Shown: piece after piece, positions 20,148 through 30,226 of the stretch
How positions within the stretch are numbered: position 1 is the stretch's first letter
Layout of the letters: each line of letters opens with the position of its first letter
Source: an uncultured delta proteobacterium
Lineage (GTDB): Bacteria > Myxococcota > Kuafuiibacteriia > Kuafuiibacteriales > Kuafuiibacteriaceae
Length of the DNA stretch: 64,000 bases
Assembly (NCBI GenBank): GCA_963803435.1
Contig: CAWDML010000001.1
Span: forward strand, 1,024,001 to 1,088,000
Direction: 5' to 3'
Program-made: the position numbers and the translations under genes
Notes under the pieces: generated by a model
What the model was told of the DNA's origin: nothing
What the model saw: only the letters and a program-made list of their open reading frames with translations
Database searches by the model: none

Positions 20148-22085
20148 GTGCTGAGCCCGCTCGCCGCCGCGATCGCCTTCGTCGTCGAATATGCGCTCGT
20201 GGCGGCGCTCCTGGCGGGCCTCGCCTGGCATCGTCTCGGCGCTGCGGGCGCCCGCGAGCGTCTCGGCCTGGCCGGGGTCGCCACCGCCTTCACGCCCTTC
20301 GTGCTGGGCGTCCTTCAGGGCGGGTTCTTCCTGGTCGCCCCTGCCCGGTCCCGGGCGCTCTATCTGGGCGCGCACGCGATCGCTCTCCTGGTCGCCGGGG
20401 GGCTCGGCCGGCGCGCGCTCTCTCGCGCGTTCGTCGAGGCCGGCGGCGCGATCCGCTCCGCCGTCCGGGCCGAGCGAGCCCGGGCGCTGCCGCTGATCCC
20501 GCTCCTCCTCCTCTCGGCCTTCCTCGTGAACCAGTCGGCCCGGATCGCGCTCTCCCCCCTCGACGCGCACGACGCGACCGTCTACGCGCTCGACGCCCGC
20601 CGCGTCTCCGGCGCCGGGCGCTTCGACGCGCTCATGACGCACGTCCCCGACGCAAAGAACCAGGTCACCAACCACAACCACGGTTCGTCCTATGCCTTCT
20701 ACCTGGCCTCGGCCCTCGGCTGGTCCGCCGACGCCCGGCAGGATCTCCCGGCGCGCGTCGCGCAGAAGCTGTGCGCGCTGCAGCTCTTCTTGGTCGCGCT
20801 CGCCCTCGGGATCTCGGTCTCCTGGTCGGCCGGGCTGGTGGCGCCCTTTCTCCTCCTCGGAAGCCGATCGCTCCCCTACGTCTTCACCGCCTCGAGCCGC
20901 GATCCCTACCTGATGCTGGCGCTCGCGACGGTGCTGGGAAGCCTCACCGTCTTCGCGCGACACCGAAGCGCGGCGACCTGGCTCGCCCTCACCTTCAGCT
21001 TCGCGTTCCTCTGCAACAGCCACAGCTCGAGCTTCACGCTGGCGCCGTTCCTCGCGGGGACCGCGATCCTGCTCGGACCCTCGATGCGGGAGCGGATGCT
21101 CGTCGCGGGCGCCGCCGTCGCCGCGCTTCCGCTCGGCGCGGGCAACGCCATCTCCACGCTCTATCGGACCGGGAGCCTCACCGGCGACTCGTTCTCGTAC
21201 TACCGCCAGTATGCGGGCACGGCGCTGCTCGACGCCGTCCTGAAGAAGCGAGGCACACCCGCGCCCGGCCTGGGGACCGCGCTCGCCAAGCTCTCGAACC
21301 AGATCAGCGGGGACGGAGCCCTCATCGTGGGCGCGCTCTTCGCCGGAGGCCTGGTCGTGCTCGGCCTCGAGCTCTACCCCCGGCTCCGCGGGCGCCGCCC
21401 TGGAGAGGTCCCCCGCGTGGTCATGCTCGCGGCCGGGGTCGGGCTCCTCGTCGAAGCGCAGATCCTCGGCTTCTTCGACCTGGTGGACCCGCGCATCAGC
21501 GGGCTGATGTTCACGAACCTGCGCTATCGACTTCCGGCCCAGCTCTTCGGGGCCGTCGCCGGCGCGTTCGTGGTGGGGATCGCCGCCGAATGGATCGCGG
21601 ACGGGCGCAGATCCTGGACCCGACGCCTGCTGGCGCCCTCGTTGCTCCTCGCGCCGGTGATCGCCGGTGCGTGGACGGCGCGCGCGCGCTGGCCCCGAGG
21701 TCACGCGGGACCCTTCGCCGACACCCGCGCCGCCGACCACTACCTGGCGACGCGGGTGGAGCGGTTCTCGTTCCTGGCCCGGTTCGCGTCGCTCCCCGCG
21801 AGCGAGCGCATCCTGATGGCTCCCGCGTACGACGCCTGGTATCACGCCGACAATGACGTGATCTCCTTGTTCGACCCGCGCCTCCGCCCCGCGTTCACCG
21901 CCCCGGACGTCGAAGGGGCGCTCGCAGCCCTCGATCGGCTCCAGGTTCGCGCCTTCTGCCTGCGTCCCTACGACCTCGACGTGCTCGCCCAGGGCCCGCT
22001 CGGGACCGCGCTGTCGGCGCCGTACTTCGAGATCGTGGAGGCGAACGCGCACTGGCGGATCGCGCGGCGAACCGGGAAGGAGTGA
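20148..22085 (+). CDS. Polytopic membrane protein, probable GT-C fold glycosyltransferase
   Basis: More than 10 TM helices, acidic first loop (PLDAHDATVY), RYRLP near the last TMs, soluble C-terminal domain, glycan-operon context. Confidence 0.55.
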   Translation: MLSPLAAAIAFVVEYALVAALLAGLAWHRLGAAGARERLGLAGVATAFTPFVLGVLQGGFFLVAPARSRALYLGAHAIALLVAGGLGRRALSRAFVEAGGAIRSAVRAERARALPLIPLLLLSAFLVNQSARIALSPLDAHDATVYALDARRVSGAGRFDALMTHVPDAKNQVTNHNHGSSYAFYLASALGWSADARQDLPARVAQKLCALQLFLVALALGISVSWSAGLVAPFLLLGSRSLPYVFTASSRDPYLMLALATVLGSLTVFARHRSAATWLALTFSFAFLCNSHSSSFTLAPFLAGTAILLGPSMRERMLVAGAAVAALPLGAGNAISTLYRTGSLTGDSFSYYRQYAGTALLDAVLKKRGTPAPGLGTALAKLSNQISGDGALIVGALFAGGLVVLGLELYPRLRGRRPGEVPRVVMLAAGVGLLVEAQILGFFDLVDPRISGLMFTNLRYRLPAQLFGAVAGAFVVGIAAEWIADGRRSWTRRLLAPSLLLAPVIAGAWTARARWPRGHAGPFADTRAADHYLATRVERFSFLARFASLPASERILMAPAYDAWYHADNDVISLFDPRLRPAFTAPDVEGALAALDRLQVRAFCLRPYDLDVLAQGPLGTALSAPYFEIVEANAHWRIARRTGKE

Positions 22086-23065
22086 CGCGCGTGCAGGTCG
22101 AGAAACGCGCCGGCTCCACGATGCGACGGGTCCTCTTCTTCGTCCTCGAGGCGGCGGTGCTCGTCGGTCTGGGCGCGTATGCGGTCGCGCGCCTCCAGTG
22201 GAGCGCCATCGAGAACGTCGAGCTCAGGTGGTCGTTCGTCGCCGCAGGGTTCGCGGTCCACCTGATCTACCTCTGCTCGTACGTGCTGCTCTGGGACGTG
22301 ATCACGCGCCGCTACGACGTCGTGATCCTGCGCCGCTACTCCTGGCCCGTCTGGTTCTACAGTCTGATCGGGAAGTATGTGCCGCTCAAGGTCGGACCCG
22401 CGATCCTGCGCATCCTCGGATACAAGGCCCACGGAACGCACGCGCCCGATCGCCTGATCCTCTGCTGCTACTGGGAGTTCATCCTCTCCACCTACGCCGG
22501 CCTGATCGTGGTCGCCGCGCTGGCCGGGACCACCGACGTGATCCCGAGCTTTCCCGGGCGAGATGCAGCGCTCTGGATCCTCTTGATCGGACTCCTCCCC
22601 TTCCTCTGGCCTCCGCTCCTCTCGCGAGCGGTCGATCTCCTCTTTCGCCTCCTGAAGCGCCCGGCACCGGAGATGAAGTGGACGTTCGGATCGCTGGTCG
22701 CCCTGATCGTCGGCTACGCCCTCTCCTGGTGCCTCCTCGGCGCCTCGCTCTATCTCATCGCGAGCGCGCTCCGCCCGCTCTCCCCTTCGAACGTGGTCGA
22801 GACGACACTCGCCTACGGCCTGGCCGGCTTCGTGGGGAGCGCGGCGATCTTCGCCCCCTCGGGCCTGGGCGTACGCGACGGCGCCCTGATGTTCCTCTTG
22901 TCCCCCCTGCTCGGACGCGAGGGCGCCTTCGTCATCAGCGTGCTCGCGCGCGTGGTCGCGGTCCTCGCCGAGCTCGCCGCGAGCGGAATGGCGCTGATCG
23001 TCGACGGCACGCTCAGGCGGCTGCGCGCCTCGGGGCGGCCGGCGAGCTCGGACGGCGAGCTCTGA
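22082..23065 (+). CDS. UPF0104 / lysylphosphatidylglycerol synthase TM domain protein (flippase-like)
   Basis: GKYVPLKV, APSGLGVRDGAL, about 8 TMs. Confidence 0.82.
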   Translation: MTRVQVEKRAGSTMRRVLFFVLEAAVLVGLGAYAVARLQWSAIENVELRWSFVAAGFAVHLIYLCSYVLLWDVITRRYDVVILRRYSWPVWFYSLIGKYVPLKVGPAILRILGYKAHGTHAPDRLILCCYWEFILSTYAGLIVVAALAGTTDVIPSFPGRDAALWILLIGLLPFLWPPLLSRAVDLLFRLLKRPAPEMKWTFGSLVALIVGYALSWCLLGASLYLIASALRPLSPSNVVETTLAYGLAGFVGSAAIFAPSGLGVRDGALMFLLSPLLGREGAFVISVLARVVAVLAELAASGMALIVDGTLRRLRASGRPASSDGEL

Positions 23066-23112
23066 GTTCCGCCGTCTCGAACAGGTGAAGAGCGCTCGGG
23101 AGGGCCCGCTAG

Positions 23113-23177
23113 GAGCGTGTAGCGCGTAGCGCTACCGCGAGCCCGGTCCGGGTCCCGGTCCCGGTCCCGGTCCCGAT
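23113..23177 (+). repeat. Left inverted repeat with internal (GGTCCC)n hexamer run
   Basis: gagcgtgtagcgcgta…cccggtccgggtcccggtcccggtcccggtcccgat is the near-exact reverse complement of 24655-24720. Confidence 0.9.
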
Positions 23178-23317
23178 GGCGATATCGAAAGTGACCATGC
23201 AAGCTAGCTTGCGGTAGCTCGTCCACTTTGACCAGCAGAAGTTCTTGGAGGTCGTTTCGTCTGGAATCGATCGTTGGGCGGATCGACTTCGACGCCTGGA
23301 CTTGATCCCATGGTTTC

Positions 23318-24634
23318 GTGGCGAAGCAATACCGTTCTTGGACTCCGAGACAATCGTTCTTGCTCCCGCCGTCCTCTCTCGAGTGGCTCCCAGAAAATCA
23401 TCTCGCGTACTTCGTCTTGGACGTCGTCGATGAGGTAGAGCTGAGCGCGATCGAGATCTCGATCCAGTCCAAGGACCCGCGAGGCGAGCGACCGTACTCG
23501 CCTCGAATGATGATCGCGCTGCTTCTGTACGCCTACTGCACCGGCATCTATTCGTCGCGGAGGATCGCGCGGGCGACCTACGAAGACATTCCATTCCGGG
23601 TGCTGGCTGGAGAGAGTCATCCCCACTTCACGACGATCAACGAGTTTCGGCTCGTCCACCTGGAGGCACTGAAAGCGCTCTTCCTCGAAGTCCTGAAGCT
23701 TTGCCAGAAAGCAGGTTTGGTGCGGCTCGGACACGTCGCACTCGATGGCTCGAAGGTGCAGGCGAACGCGAGCAAGCACAAGGCGATGACCTACGAGCGG
23801 ATGGCCGAGGAGGAGAAGCGGCTGTCTCTCGAGATCGAAGAACTGCTGGAGCGAGCGCGCACGATCGACCAAGAGGAAGACGAGCGGCTGGGCGTTGAAG
23901 AGACTGAAGAGGACATCCCAGCGGAGCTCGCTCGCCGTGAATCCCGCCTTGCCCGCATTCGAGAAGCGAAGGCTGCGCTGGAACAGGATGCCGCCAGGGC
24001 TCGCGCGGAGAAATTGCGCAGGCAAGCCGAAGAGCAGCAGAGCAAAGCGGATGATGCTCTTGTGGATCGGGTGGAGCAGAAGCGAGCGAGAACTCGAGCC
24101 GAGAAGGCAAGAGCGCAGGCTGACCAGCTCGAACCATCCCCAGACCCAACTGAACGAAATGATGGATGGCCGCATCATCGCGTTCCTGCAAATGTGGACG
24201 GCACACCGAGGCCCCACGCTCAGAGGAACTTCACCGACTCAGACAGCAGGATCATGTTGAAGGAGGGAGCGTACCTCCAGGCCTACAATGCCCAAGTTGT
24301 CGTAGATGAGCACGCTCAGGTGATTGTCGCCGAAGGGGTCAGCAACCAGGCACCTGATCAGCAACACCTCGTCCCGATGCTCCAGCCCACACCTGCCTCG
24401 CTCGCTCGCAAGCGAATGCGAGACAAGTTGCAAACGCGCGACGGCAAGGCGGTCTACGCCCGCAGGAAGAGTATCGTCGAACCGGCGCTCGGACAGATCA
24501 AAGGGGCACGAGGATTCCGCCGGTTCTCGCTACGCTCCTTCTTCAAGGTACGAGCCGAGGGGACGCTCGTCTGCCTCACCCACAACCTGCTCAAGCTCTA
24601 CCGATCGAAGCTCGCGACCGTCGCGAGCGTCTGA
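23318..24634 (+). pseudogene. IS1182 transposase with in-frame internal deletion
   Basis: LLPPS..EWLPENHLAYF, YAYCTGIYSSRRI, ALDGSKVQANASKH, TDSDSRIM, YNAQ and YARRKSIVEP are present. The ADAGY (second catalytic Asp) segment between VPMLQ and RMRDKL is missing. Confidence 0.8.
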
Positions 24635-24654
24635 CTCAAGGCAGCCATCTTCAG

Positions 24655-24720
24655 ATCGGGACCCGGACCGGGACCGGGACCCGGACCGGGGTCGCGTGAG
24701 CGCTTACGCGCTACACGCTC
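24655..24720 (-). repeat. Right inverted repeat with (GGGACC)n run
   Basis: Reverse complement of 23113-23177. Confidence 0.9.
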
Positions 24721-24924
24721 CTAGCCGAAGGGGCCGGGATACCGGTTACACCGCGCCGCGCTGTCGACCACAACTCGCGACACCAACGGTCGCGTTCATG
24801 CCGATAACCGGTTCGGTCGTGCTCCGCGTCGATCCAGCTCCCAAACGACTGGCGCACCACCGTTCGATCGAGGGTTCGGGGCGGGTCGCGACGCTCGGTT
24901 CGACCCCACTGAAAGAGGAAGAAG

Positions 24925-26196
24925 GTGACCTCCGGACCGCTGGCCAAGGACGCTCGGATCTGCGTTCTTGGCGGCGGCCCTTCAGGCCTGACGGTGGCTC
25001 GCGAGCTCGAGCAGCTCGGTCACACGAACGTGGTGGTCCTGGAGCGCGAGTCCGAGGTGGGCGGGAAGAGCCACACGGTGTCGATCGAAGGCCGGCCTCA
25101 CGATCTCGGCGCGACGATGGGCGTCGACGGCAAGTATCGAGACGTCGTCCGGATGGCCAAGGACAGCGGAGTGAGGACGATCGAGTTTCCCACCGAGGTC
25201 CAGTACGATCTCGGTCTTGGCGGCCCCGCGCCCGACCGTAGCCCCGGCGGCCGCGTCCGGCTGCTGTACGAGGCGCTCCGGTACGCGATCGACAACACGC
25301 GCGAGGGTGGTCTTCAGGGGATAGAGGTCCCGAGTCACGAGCTGGCGGATTCGTTCCCCGTGGTGATGAACCGAAAAGGGCTCCCGACCTTCAAGCGCAC
25401 GATGGACACCTACCTCACCGGGTACGGCTACGGTGACCCGGAGCGCACGCCCGCAGTCTACGCCTATCGGATGCTCGACCTCCGTGCGATCACCGGCGCC
25501 GCCAAGCCGCGGCTCATGTGGGAAAACGGAACGCGGCCGATCTGGAAGGGTGTGGCGAAGGGGCTCGACGTCCGCACCAACCAGGATGTCCAACGGATCG
25601 AACGCACGGAGGACGCGGTCGTCGTGCACCTCGCGGGTCAGAAGGCCCCGCTCGAGTTCGATCGGCTGGTCGTGGCCTGCGACCCAAAGGCGGTCCTCGG
25701 CGTCCTGGACGCGACGCCCGAGGAGCGAGGCGTCTTCGGCCAGATTCGCCATGTGCCGTACTCGACCTTCGCCTGCCGCGTGAAGGGCCTCGCGGAAGGC
25801 AAAGCCGAGGTCGGCTACCTCCCGGAGAACATGCGACTCGACCAAATGGGGCGTCCCATGGCCTGGATCAAGCGCCACGAGGATGACGACGTGTTCGTCT
25901 TCCACCTGTTCGCCCCGGAGACGATGAGCGACGATGAGGTCCTGCAGAAGATCCGCGAGGACATGGGCAGACTCGGCGCAACGAGCGTTCACCTGGTCGA
26001 CAGCCGCCGCTGGAACTTCTTCCCCCACGTGGACGGAGACGCGATCCGCCTGGACAAGTTCTTCGAGCGTGCTCAGCACCTGCAGGGAGCCAACCGCACC
26101 GTGTTCGCCAACGAGGCGCTCTCGATGAGCACGATGGCCGACGTTGCCGGCTACGCCAAGAAGGTCGCCCAACGCCTCTCCTCCGGCGAGTGGTGA
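24925..26196 (+). CDS. FAD-dependent oxidoreductase, PAI-like (polyunsaturated fatty acid isomerase) family
   Basis: GGGPSG dinucleotide fold, VGGKSHT, GATMG, GYG, RWNFFPHV, QGANRT. Length (423 aa) and motif order resemble Cutibacterium acnes PAI as recalled. Confidence 0.7.
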   Translation: MTSGPLAKDARICVLGGGPSGLTVARELEQLGHTNVVVLERESEVGGKSHTVSIEGRPHDLGATMGVDGKYRDVVRMAKDSGVRTIEFPTEVQYDLGLGGPAPDRSPGGRVRLLYEALRYAIDNTREGGLQGIEVPSHELADSFPVVMNRKGLPTFKRTMDTYLTGYGYGDPERTPAVYAYRMLDLRAITGAAKPRLMWENGTRPIWKGVAKGLDVRTNQDVQRIERTEDAVVVHLAGQKAPLEFDRLVVACDPKAVLGVLDATPEERGVFGQIRHVPYSTFACRVKGLAEGKAEVGYLPENMRLDQMGRPMAWIKRHEDDDVFVFHLFAPETMSDDEVLQKIREDMGRLGATSVHLVDSRRWNFFPHVDGDAIRLDKFFERAQHLQGANRTVFANEALSMSTMADVAGYAKKVAQRLSSGEW

Positions 26197-26488
26197 GCGT
26201 CCGCGCTACTCCGCCGCCGCCTTCTTCCGCGCCATCTCCCGCTGCATCCGCCGCAGCATGAGGTCCACCCCGAGCGCCGCACGGCGGGCCTCCAGCACCC
26301 GAGCGAGGTGCAACCGCCTGCACGTCGGCGCTGCAGAAGTGGCACATCGCGGTGTCCGGATAGGGACCTTCTTCCTCCCCTCGAGACCGGCTGCGGCCAG
26401 CATCTTCGAGAGCGCGTCGGAGACGCCGAGCGCCCGACTGTACTCGTTGAGCGTCGCGACGCCCGAGGAGGCGTAGAGCTCACCCAGC

Positions 26489-26695
26489 TCAGACCGCGCT
26501 CCAGGAGTGGCCGACCAGGATCGGACGCGCCACGCCGAGCTCGGCGAGCGCGTCGTGGATCGCTCGGGCCTGAGCGTCCGGCGATCCGGAGTCCTCCGGC
26601 AGCGCCTCGCTGTGCCCGTGGCCCGGCCGATCGAACGCGATCACGTGATGGGTCTTCGCGAGCTCCGGGATGACCGCCAGCGCCCAGTCGTCGAT
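26489..26695 (-). pseudogene. Alpha/beta hydrolase fragment
   Basis: Hand translation: IDDWALAVIPELAKTHHVIAFDRPGHGHS…PILVGHSWSAV*. Confidence 0.7.
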
Positions 26696-26742
26696 TCGGA
26701 GTACGCCACTTCCGCTCCGGCTCCCAGAAGCTCGCGTTCCTC

Positions 26743-26940
26743 ATGGATCGACTGCGCGCGAAGCAGCCTACGCTCATCGCCGTCACCCTGAAGCAGCGCG
26801 GTGGCTGGCACATCGTCCCGGTGATCGCGTATGACGACGACCGGATCTACGTCGTTTGGATCGTCGCTGGAGATGGTACGAAGAACCTTCGCGCCATCCC
26901 GAAGACCGAGCTCGTCCGCCGGCACGACGAATGGCCCGGG
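26743..26940 (+). pseudogene. Possible C39-like peptidase C-terminal fragment
   Basis: GWHIVPVIAYDDDRIYV His/Asp strand pattern. Confidence 0.35.
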
Positions 26941-27038
26941 GGGAGACGACGTGGCCTTTCTGGTCACGCCCTCGACGCCACGTCGCGCTCCACCCCAAAG
27001 CACCAGGTCATCGAGGCCTTGGCGTTCAAGAAGAAGTC

Positions 27039-27069
<31 letters not shown>

Positions 27070-27102
27070 AGTGTCGTCCGGATGAGTGGCAAGGCCCGCA
27101 GC

Positions 27103-27210
27103 GAAGGCGTCGAGGAGCACCGGATCGAGCGCGTCCCGGTGCAGATCTACTCCGCACCAACGACCGTCGCAGACTGCTTCAAGTTCCGGGACACCGTCGG
27201 GCTCGACGTC
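27103..27210 (+). pseudogene. AbiEi (type IV TA antitoxin) fragment
   Basis: EGVEEHRIERVPVQIYSAPTTVADCFKFRDTVGLDV. Confidence 0.65.
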
Positions 27211-27364
27211 GGCCATCGCCCAACGAGAGAACACGGTTCTCGTCTGATGGGATCGGGCAGGCGATCGTCGCAAGACGTAACGTGCGAAGACACCCGCTGT
27301 ACGCGAGGCGACAACTACGCTGGCACCGGGGGGATACGACCTGGGCTTGGATGCGCTCGCCCTC

Positions 27365-27476
27365 TCAGGTGCATCGACCGATAGAGCGAGGGCGCGAGGC
27401 CGAACCGTCCCTCGAAGGCGGTGCGAAAGCCCGACTCGGAGCGAAAGCCGATCGCCGCCGCGACCTCCGACACCGG
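27365..27476 (-). pseudogene. AraC-family HTH C-terminal fragment
   Basis: PVSEVAAAIGFRSESGFRTAFEGRFGLAPSLYR. Confidence 0.7.
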
Positions 27477-27574
27477 AGACGGGACGACCGAAGGAACGCG
27501 ACCACGGCCTCGCGTCCGGAGAACCACGTGGGGTACGGCGGTCTCTACTTCACGGAGCTCAAGGAGTTACAAGA

Positions 27575-28007
27575 CAGGCTACACCGACCCCAACGGATTG
27601 CCGCACGAGAGCTTCGAGATCGAGTACTTCCCGGACGGCCTCACGACGAGCATCACCCTCGACGGCCCGCTCACCGCCTCACGGACCTACAACGCGTTGG
27701 GTCAGGTAATCGAGACCGTCGATACCGCCGGAGGTACGACGACCTACCGCTACGACGGACGCGGCCACCTCATTCTCATCCGCGACCCGGCGGCAACGAC
27801 ACCCGCATGACGTTCGACGATCTCGGCCACCGCATCGCCATCAAGGACCCGGATCGGGGCGATCGGGCCTTCAAGTCGAACGGCGCCGGTGAGCTGACCG
27901 AGCAGACCGACGCCAACGGGGATGTGGTCACATTCGGGCACGACGATCTCGGGCGCGTCATCGACCGGAGCCTGAACGGACAGCTCGAGAGCCGATGGAC
28001 CTTCGAC
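27575..28007 (+). pseudogene. RHS/YD-repeat fragment, frameshifted near 27790, followed by a pentapeptide-like scrap
   Basis: TYNALGQVIETVD, TTYRYDGRGHL, FDDLGHRIAIKDPDRG, GELTEQTDANG, then LFWPNLQGANLKG. Confidence 0.75.
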
Positions 28008-28202
28008 CTCATGGACGCCCGCCTGTTCTGGCCGAATCTCCAGGGCGCGAATCTCAAGGGACCGTGTGGCAGGGCGACGCGCGGACGAGCCCCACCTGCA
28101 CCGTCGCCATCGGCCAGGACTTCGGCGGCGGGCGCCGTCGGCTGCTGAGGCCGCGGGTACCACGTCGTAAGCGTCGGGGCTCGCGCGGCCTTTCAGCGGA
28201 TC

Positions 28203-28228
28203 GAACCTTTCGACGCGCGCGGACGTCT
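28203..28228 (+). promoter_or_regulatory. Candidate ECF-sigma promoter for the YHYH operon
   Basis: GAAC-N17-CGTC(T) about 75 bp upstream of ATG 28302. The operon encodes its own ECF sigma. Confidence 0.45.
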
Positions 28229-28301
28229 TGATCCCGAGCGGGCGCGGGACCGCGTCCCATCGCGGGACGGTTCGACGCCACGCGCACCGAGGAGGGGCAG
28301 C

Positions 28302-29300
28302 ATGAAGCTTTCACGCAGAGAGGTCTTGTGGACGCTCGGCAGCGGAACGGTGGTCGGCTTCGCATCCGTCGCCTGCGGCGGTTCGAAGAGCACCGCCCTC
28401 GACGGCGGAGCCTCACGCGACGGCGGGGGAGCCTCGCCCGACGGCGGAGCCGGCTCGCCGGAGTCGTACGTCGAGATCACCACCGACGGGCAATGGCGGC
28501 GCATCGTCTCCAACGGGATCCCCAATCATCCGACGGGGATGTTTCCGAATGCGCACGCCCCCCAGCCGCTCCTGGAGCAGAGCTACTCGTTTCGGGCCCC
28601 GCTCTCGCCCGTGAAGGCGAGCGCGCCGACGCCGATCGATCTCACGGATCCGGCTTCCACGTTGTTCGGGGTCGCGATCAACGGCGTGCCCTTCGATCCG
28701 GCGGGGCCGTGGTTCCACCAGGACGTTCAGACCGGCTGGCACTTCGAGGTGATGTCCGACGTCGCGCGGCCGACGCTCGGTCTCGACACCAGCAACGCTC
28801 ACACGCAACGCGGAGGCCGCTATCACTACCACGGGGTGCCCATCGGCCTGGTGAACGTGCTGCAGGCCGCCGGCGTCCCGGGCATGATGCTGCTCGGCTA
28901 CGGCGCCGACGGATTCCCGGTCTACGCCAACGCGGTGCACGAGGTCGCCGACGATCCGGCGAGCGCCCTGGTCGCCGCGCGATCGAGCTATCGGCTGCGT
29001 ACGGGGATGCGAGAGATCGATCCCGGCGGCTGCTTCGACGGCACGTTCGTTCAGGACTATGAGTACGTCGAGGGCCTCGGCAATCTCGACGAGTGCAACG
29101 GACGGGACGGAGCGACCCCCGAGTTTCCGGACGGCACCTACTACTACGTGGTCACCGATGCGTTCCCCTTCATCCCTCGGTTGCTCCGCGGCGCTCCGGA
29201 TCCCTCCTTCGACCTCCACCCTGGTGGCCCCGGGCCGGACGCGCCCGGCGGAGGTGCTCCGGTTCCGAGGGAGCTGATGGACTACCGTCCGGGATGCTGA
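28302..29300 (+). CDS. YHYH-domain protein with twin-Arg lipoprotein signal
   Basis: MKLSRREVL…VA-C, SNGIPNH, GVAINGVPFDP, LDTSNAH, YHYH, GYGADGFPVY, LDECNGR, YYYVVTDAFPFIPR. Confidence 0.9.
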   Translation: MKLSRREVLWTLGSGTVVGFASVACGGSKSTALDGGASRDGGGASPDGGAGSPESYVEITTDGQWRRIVSNGIPNHPTGMFPNAHAPQPLLEQSYSFRAPLSPVKASAPTPIDLTDPASTLFGVAINGVPFDPAGPWFHQDVQTGWHFEVMSDVARPTLGLDTSNAHTQRGGRYHYHGVPIGLVNVLQAAGVPGMMLLGYGADGFPVYANAVHEVADDPASALVAARSSYRLRTGMREIDPGGCFDGTFVQDYEYVEGLGNLDECNGRDGATPEFPDGTYYYVVTDAFPFIPRLLRGAPDPSFDLHPGGPGPDAPGGGAPVPRELMDYRPGC

Positions 29301-29344
29301 TGGCGCGGTCGGGCGGCTTCTTGGCGGAGGATCCCGGACGGAGC

Positions 29345-29725
29345 ATGTCGGATCGGCGAGCGTCCTTCGGCCTGATCGCGGCCATCGCCTGTGTCCTCGG
29401 TCTCGGCTGCGGAGCCTCCGATCCGCCGCGGACCGCTCCGGAGGTCGTCACGTTCGCCGAGGTGAACGCGATCGTGAAGCTGAGGTGCACCGGCGCCACC
29501 TGCCACGGGGTCTCGCACAACAACAGCACCATCTTCGAGGACAATCAGGCGAGCTTCGACGCCAGGAGCGCGCTGATCAAGACGCGTATCGAGGCGCCCC
29601 CCGGCACGCTGCGGATGCCTCCGGCGGGGGCGCCTCCGCTCACGGACGAGGAGAAGAGGATCCTCGCGGCATACTGCGATCGAGTTTCCGGCTCCGCCCT
29701 CATCGACGCGCGGACCTCCGAGTGA
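29345..29725 (+). CDS. Small c-type cytochrome lipoprotein with CX4CH motif
   Basis: LGLG-C lipobox, RCTGATCH, distal MPP, LTDEEKRILAAY. Confidence 0.65.
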   Translation: MSDRRASFGLIAAIACVLGLGCGASDPPRTAPEVVTFAEVNAIVKLRCTGATCHGVSHNNSTIFEDNQASFDARSALIKTRIEAPPGTLRMPPAGAPPLTDEEKRILAAYCDRVSGSALIDARTSE

Positions 29726-29773
29726 TAGCGAGAGCGTCGTGGCACGAGGAGCCAGTCTCGGAGCGGGGCGGCG

Positions 29774-30226
29774 ATGAGGCGCGTGGCCTTCCTCCGGGGC
29801 GCGAGCCTTCTGGCGCTCGGGTTCGGCCTCGGGTGGGCGGCGAGCGCGCTCCGCTTCGGCCCCCCGACGAGACCCGATCGCAGGGCACCTCCTCCTCTGC
29901 CGGACGTCGAGGCGTTCTCCTCCCTGGGGCTCGATCCTGGGCAGCTCGATCGGATCGAGGCGATCACGAGCGAGGGGCGAGAGCGCGAGCGCGAGCTCGC
30001 GGCGACGCTGGAGTCGGCGCGCCGGGACCTCGAGGAGGCGGTGGATTCGTCCCAGGACATCCCGTCGCTCCGGACCAAGTACGACGCCGTGATCGCGGCC
30101 AAGAACGCGCTGGAGAGGAACCACTTCGAGACGATGATGCAGATCCACGCGGTCTTGACGATGGATCAGATTCGCGCCCTGCGACGCCGTCGTCCTCGCG
30201 GACCGCCGCGCCGTCCCCCCGGATGA
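29774..30226 (+). CDS. Periplasmic Spy/CpxP/CnrX-like sensor (heavy-metal-resistance helical hairpin)
   Basis: N-terminal TM, LGLDPGQL and VLTMDQ LTxxQ-type motifs, NHFETMMQIH. Confidence 0.7.
   Translation: MRRVAFLRGASLLALGFGLGWAASALRFGPPTRPDRRAPPPLPDVEAFSSLGLDPGQLDRIEAITSEGRERERELAATLESARRDLEEAVDSSQDIPSLRTKYDAVIAAKNALERNHFETMMQIHAVLTMDQIRALRRRRPRGPPRRPPG

Larger units (their letters stand above)
23113..24720 (+). mobile_element. IS1182-family insertion sequence, flanked by CTAG
   Basis: About 65-bp imperfect inverted repeats at 23113-23177 and 24655-24720. CTAG on both sides (23109-23112, 24721-24724). Encloses an IS1182 transposase. Confidence 0.85.

Noticed and set aside
23140-24690. 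GGTCCC/GGGACC runs as a possible CRISPR or as DR-repeat coding sequence
   Set aside because: No spacers or cas genes; the runs lie inside the IS inverted repeats.
24800-24807. GCCGATAA sigma-28 -10 box upstream of the PAI-like gene
   Set aside because: No TAAA -35 at the right spacing.
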